Made by a program: the position numbers and the translations under genes. A stretch of 62,972 nucleotides of DNA, filler included, from Trichosphaerium sp. ATCC 40318 (lineage: Eukaryota; Protista; Tubulinea): the NCBI GenBank assembly GCA_038496445.1. It is 5 parts of 5 records of this genome, joined end to end, with 100 filler letters (N's around TTAATTAATTAA, not from the genome) between each part and the next. Parts side by side here need not be neighbours in the genome. Positions count along the whole stretch, not along the records: positions 61,083 to 62,972 come from JALMLS010000534.1; 4 more parts are not named here. The stretch is one strand, 5' to 3'. Positions 61,665 through 62,972 of the stretch are shown here, piece after piece. The notes beneath the pieces were generated by a model. It was given only the letters and a program-made list of their open reading frames with translations. It was not told the DNA's origin and searched no databases. Position 1 is the first letter of the stretch; every line of letters starts with the position of its first letter.

Positions 61665-62714
61665 ATGAATTATATGTACACGTTACTGCGCCCTCTCATG
61701 GTTTTGCTTGGATGTGTTCTTGCTTTTCAGCTTGAAGCTTCACCCTGCAAAAAAAAGATAATTAACGGCCAAGGATCCACACTTGCCCAGCCTTTGTATG
61801 ACGCTATCATACCTGCATTTAAGAAGAAATTTCCCCGCACCCTTAAGATAACGTATAACAGCAATCCTAACGAAACTGGTTCAAGCGCAGGGCTCGCTCT
61901 TCTGCTCGAACGAAAAGTTATTTTTGCCGGAAGCGACGTCCCACCAACCGATGCTCAAGAAGCAATGGCTCAAGGAAAGCTCCTTACTTTTCCTACCGCA
62001 GTTGCTGGTGTCTCTCTCGTCTATAACTTACCGGGAAGCCCTACTCTTACGCTCGATGCTCAAACGGTTGCTAACATTTATAGAGGAATCATAACCAATT
62101 GGTCGCAAGTAAGCCCTTCTTTGCCGAGTTTAGCTATTATTCCCGTTGCGCGTACGGATGGAAGTGGTACAACTGGAGACTTTACTGAGTTCCTTTCTAG
62201 AGCAAGCACTGGTTGGCCGGCTAGCCTTGTAGGAAACGGCCCCTTCGTCTTTGGTAATCCAAATCAGCTTGGTGCTTCAGGGAGTACTGGTGTAGCAACT
62301 GCAGTAAAAAATACGGTAGGTGCTTTAGGGTATGTTGGTTTTGATATAGCAACTGAAAATGGCCTTACATCGGCACTTGTAGTAAATTCTTCAGGAAACG
62401 CTATTGCTCCAAGCATTGCTTCTATAAGAGCAGCTGCTGAAATCGATTGCATATGTGCTGATTTACGATTAGACACCATTGATTCTCCCAACGCACATGC
62501 TTATCCTATAGCAAGCCCGACCAATATTATTGTATTCCGCTTGCAGCCAACTGAAAAAATAGCACGTGATGTGCAGGAATTTCTTAGGTTCATCGTAAGC
62601 CGCCAAGGTTCAAAAATAGTAAGGAGCGTTTTCCTTGCGCCCCTTCCTGCTAAAATAGCTGCTCTCTATAAAGAACAACTCAAAAAGATTCACTCCCGTT
62701 CACAGTCAAAATAA
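61665..62714 (+). CDS. pstS: Phosphate ABC transporter substrate-binding protein (bacterial)
   Basis: Motifs GQGSTLAQPLY, GSSAG, FAGSD.P, RTDGSGTT, GALGYV and AYPI; intronless with SD. Confidence 0.93.
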   Translation: MNYMYTLLRPLMVLLGCVLAFQLEASPCKKKIINGQGSTLAQPLYDAIIPAFKKKFPRTLKITYNSNPNETGSSAGLALLLERKVIFAGSDVPPTDAQEAMAQGKLLTFPTAVAGVSLVYNLPGSPTLTLDAQTVANIYRGIITNWSQVSPSLPSLAIIPVARTDGSGTTGDFTEFLSRASTGWPASLVGNGPFVFGNPNQLGASGSTGVATAVKNTVGALGYVGFDIATENGLTSALVVNSSGNAIAPSIASIRAAAEIDCICADLRLDTIDSPNAHAYPIASPTNIIVFRLQPTEKIARDVQEFLRFIVSRQGSKIVRSVFLAPLPAKIAALYKEQLKKIHSRSQSK

Positions 62715-62723
62715 GCAGTTTAA

Positions 62724-62755
62724 AAAATAAGGGCCGGTATAACCGGCCCTTATTT
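62724..62755 (+). terminator. Intrinsic terminator, probably bidirectional
   Basis: AAATAAGGGCCGGT-ATA-ACCGGCCCTTATTT perfect hairpin just after the pstS stop. Confidence 0.85.
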
Positions 62756-62930
62756 CTCTATTTAACGTATCCTCGCAACTGAAGCCAAGAGATACTTACA
62801 AATAAACATGCTTTTCAAAATATCTATTCAAGCTTTACAGGGTTTTATTTGACTCTACAAATAAACATGATATATTCGAACAGCATAATTTATAGAAGAT
62901 ATCTTTATTATCAAAAGCAAGAAGGTTTTT

Positions 62931-62972
62931 ATGAAAAATATTCTATTAACTTTATTCATGGGTTTATCGTGT
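62931..62972 (+). CDS. Start of a bacterial exported protein, truncated
   Basis: MKNILLTLFMGLS signal-peptide-like start after GAAGG. Confidence 0.4.
   Translation, partial: MKNILLTLFMGLSC

Overview
The window is five unrelated contigs joined by artificial N-TTAATTAATTAA-N spacers: 1-18844, 18945-36557, 36658-58989, 59090-60982 and 61083-62972. The first four come from an AT-rich microbial eukaryote with many short GT-AG introns; C2-arrestin plus intron-containing FtsZ suggests an amoeba-like protist (inference). The six-frame ORF track therefore fragments most genes. Recognisable host genes are CTNNBL1, TMEM135-like, FtsZ, C2-arrestin, two BBE-like FAD oxidases, Nup107, KRTCAP2, INTS7, TPP2, F-box/LRR and LRR-SH3 proteins. 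The last contig is bacterial (pstS with Shine-Dalgarno and terminator). There are two transposon nests: a tyrosine-recombinase retrotransposon inserted at a 10-bp direct repeat into a piggyBac-like PHD/SAP transposase, and a decayed DIRS element carrying TIR elements, a tandem duplication and a hAT remnant. Two large near-perfect inverted duplications at contig starts are probably amplification or read artefacts. The most notable feature is largely missed by the ORF track. It is a spliced, apparently intact gene (57969..53471, minus strand) encoding ankyrin array + UBR-box-like zinc finger + H-Y-E PARP domain + coiled coil. Each ankyrin repeat is its own 99-nt phase-1 exon within a ~156-bp exon+intron tandem unit, and variation is mosaic and concentrated at ligand-binding positions. 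A paralogous PARP tail lies nearby. This is a candidate diversifying sensor-ADP-ribosyltransferase system. All gene models are manual splicing and motif recognition; no database searches were run.
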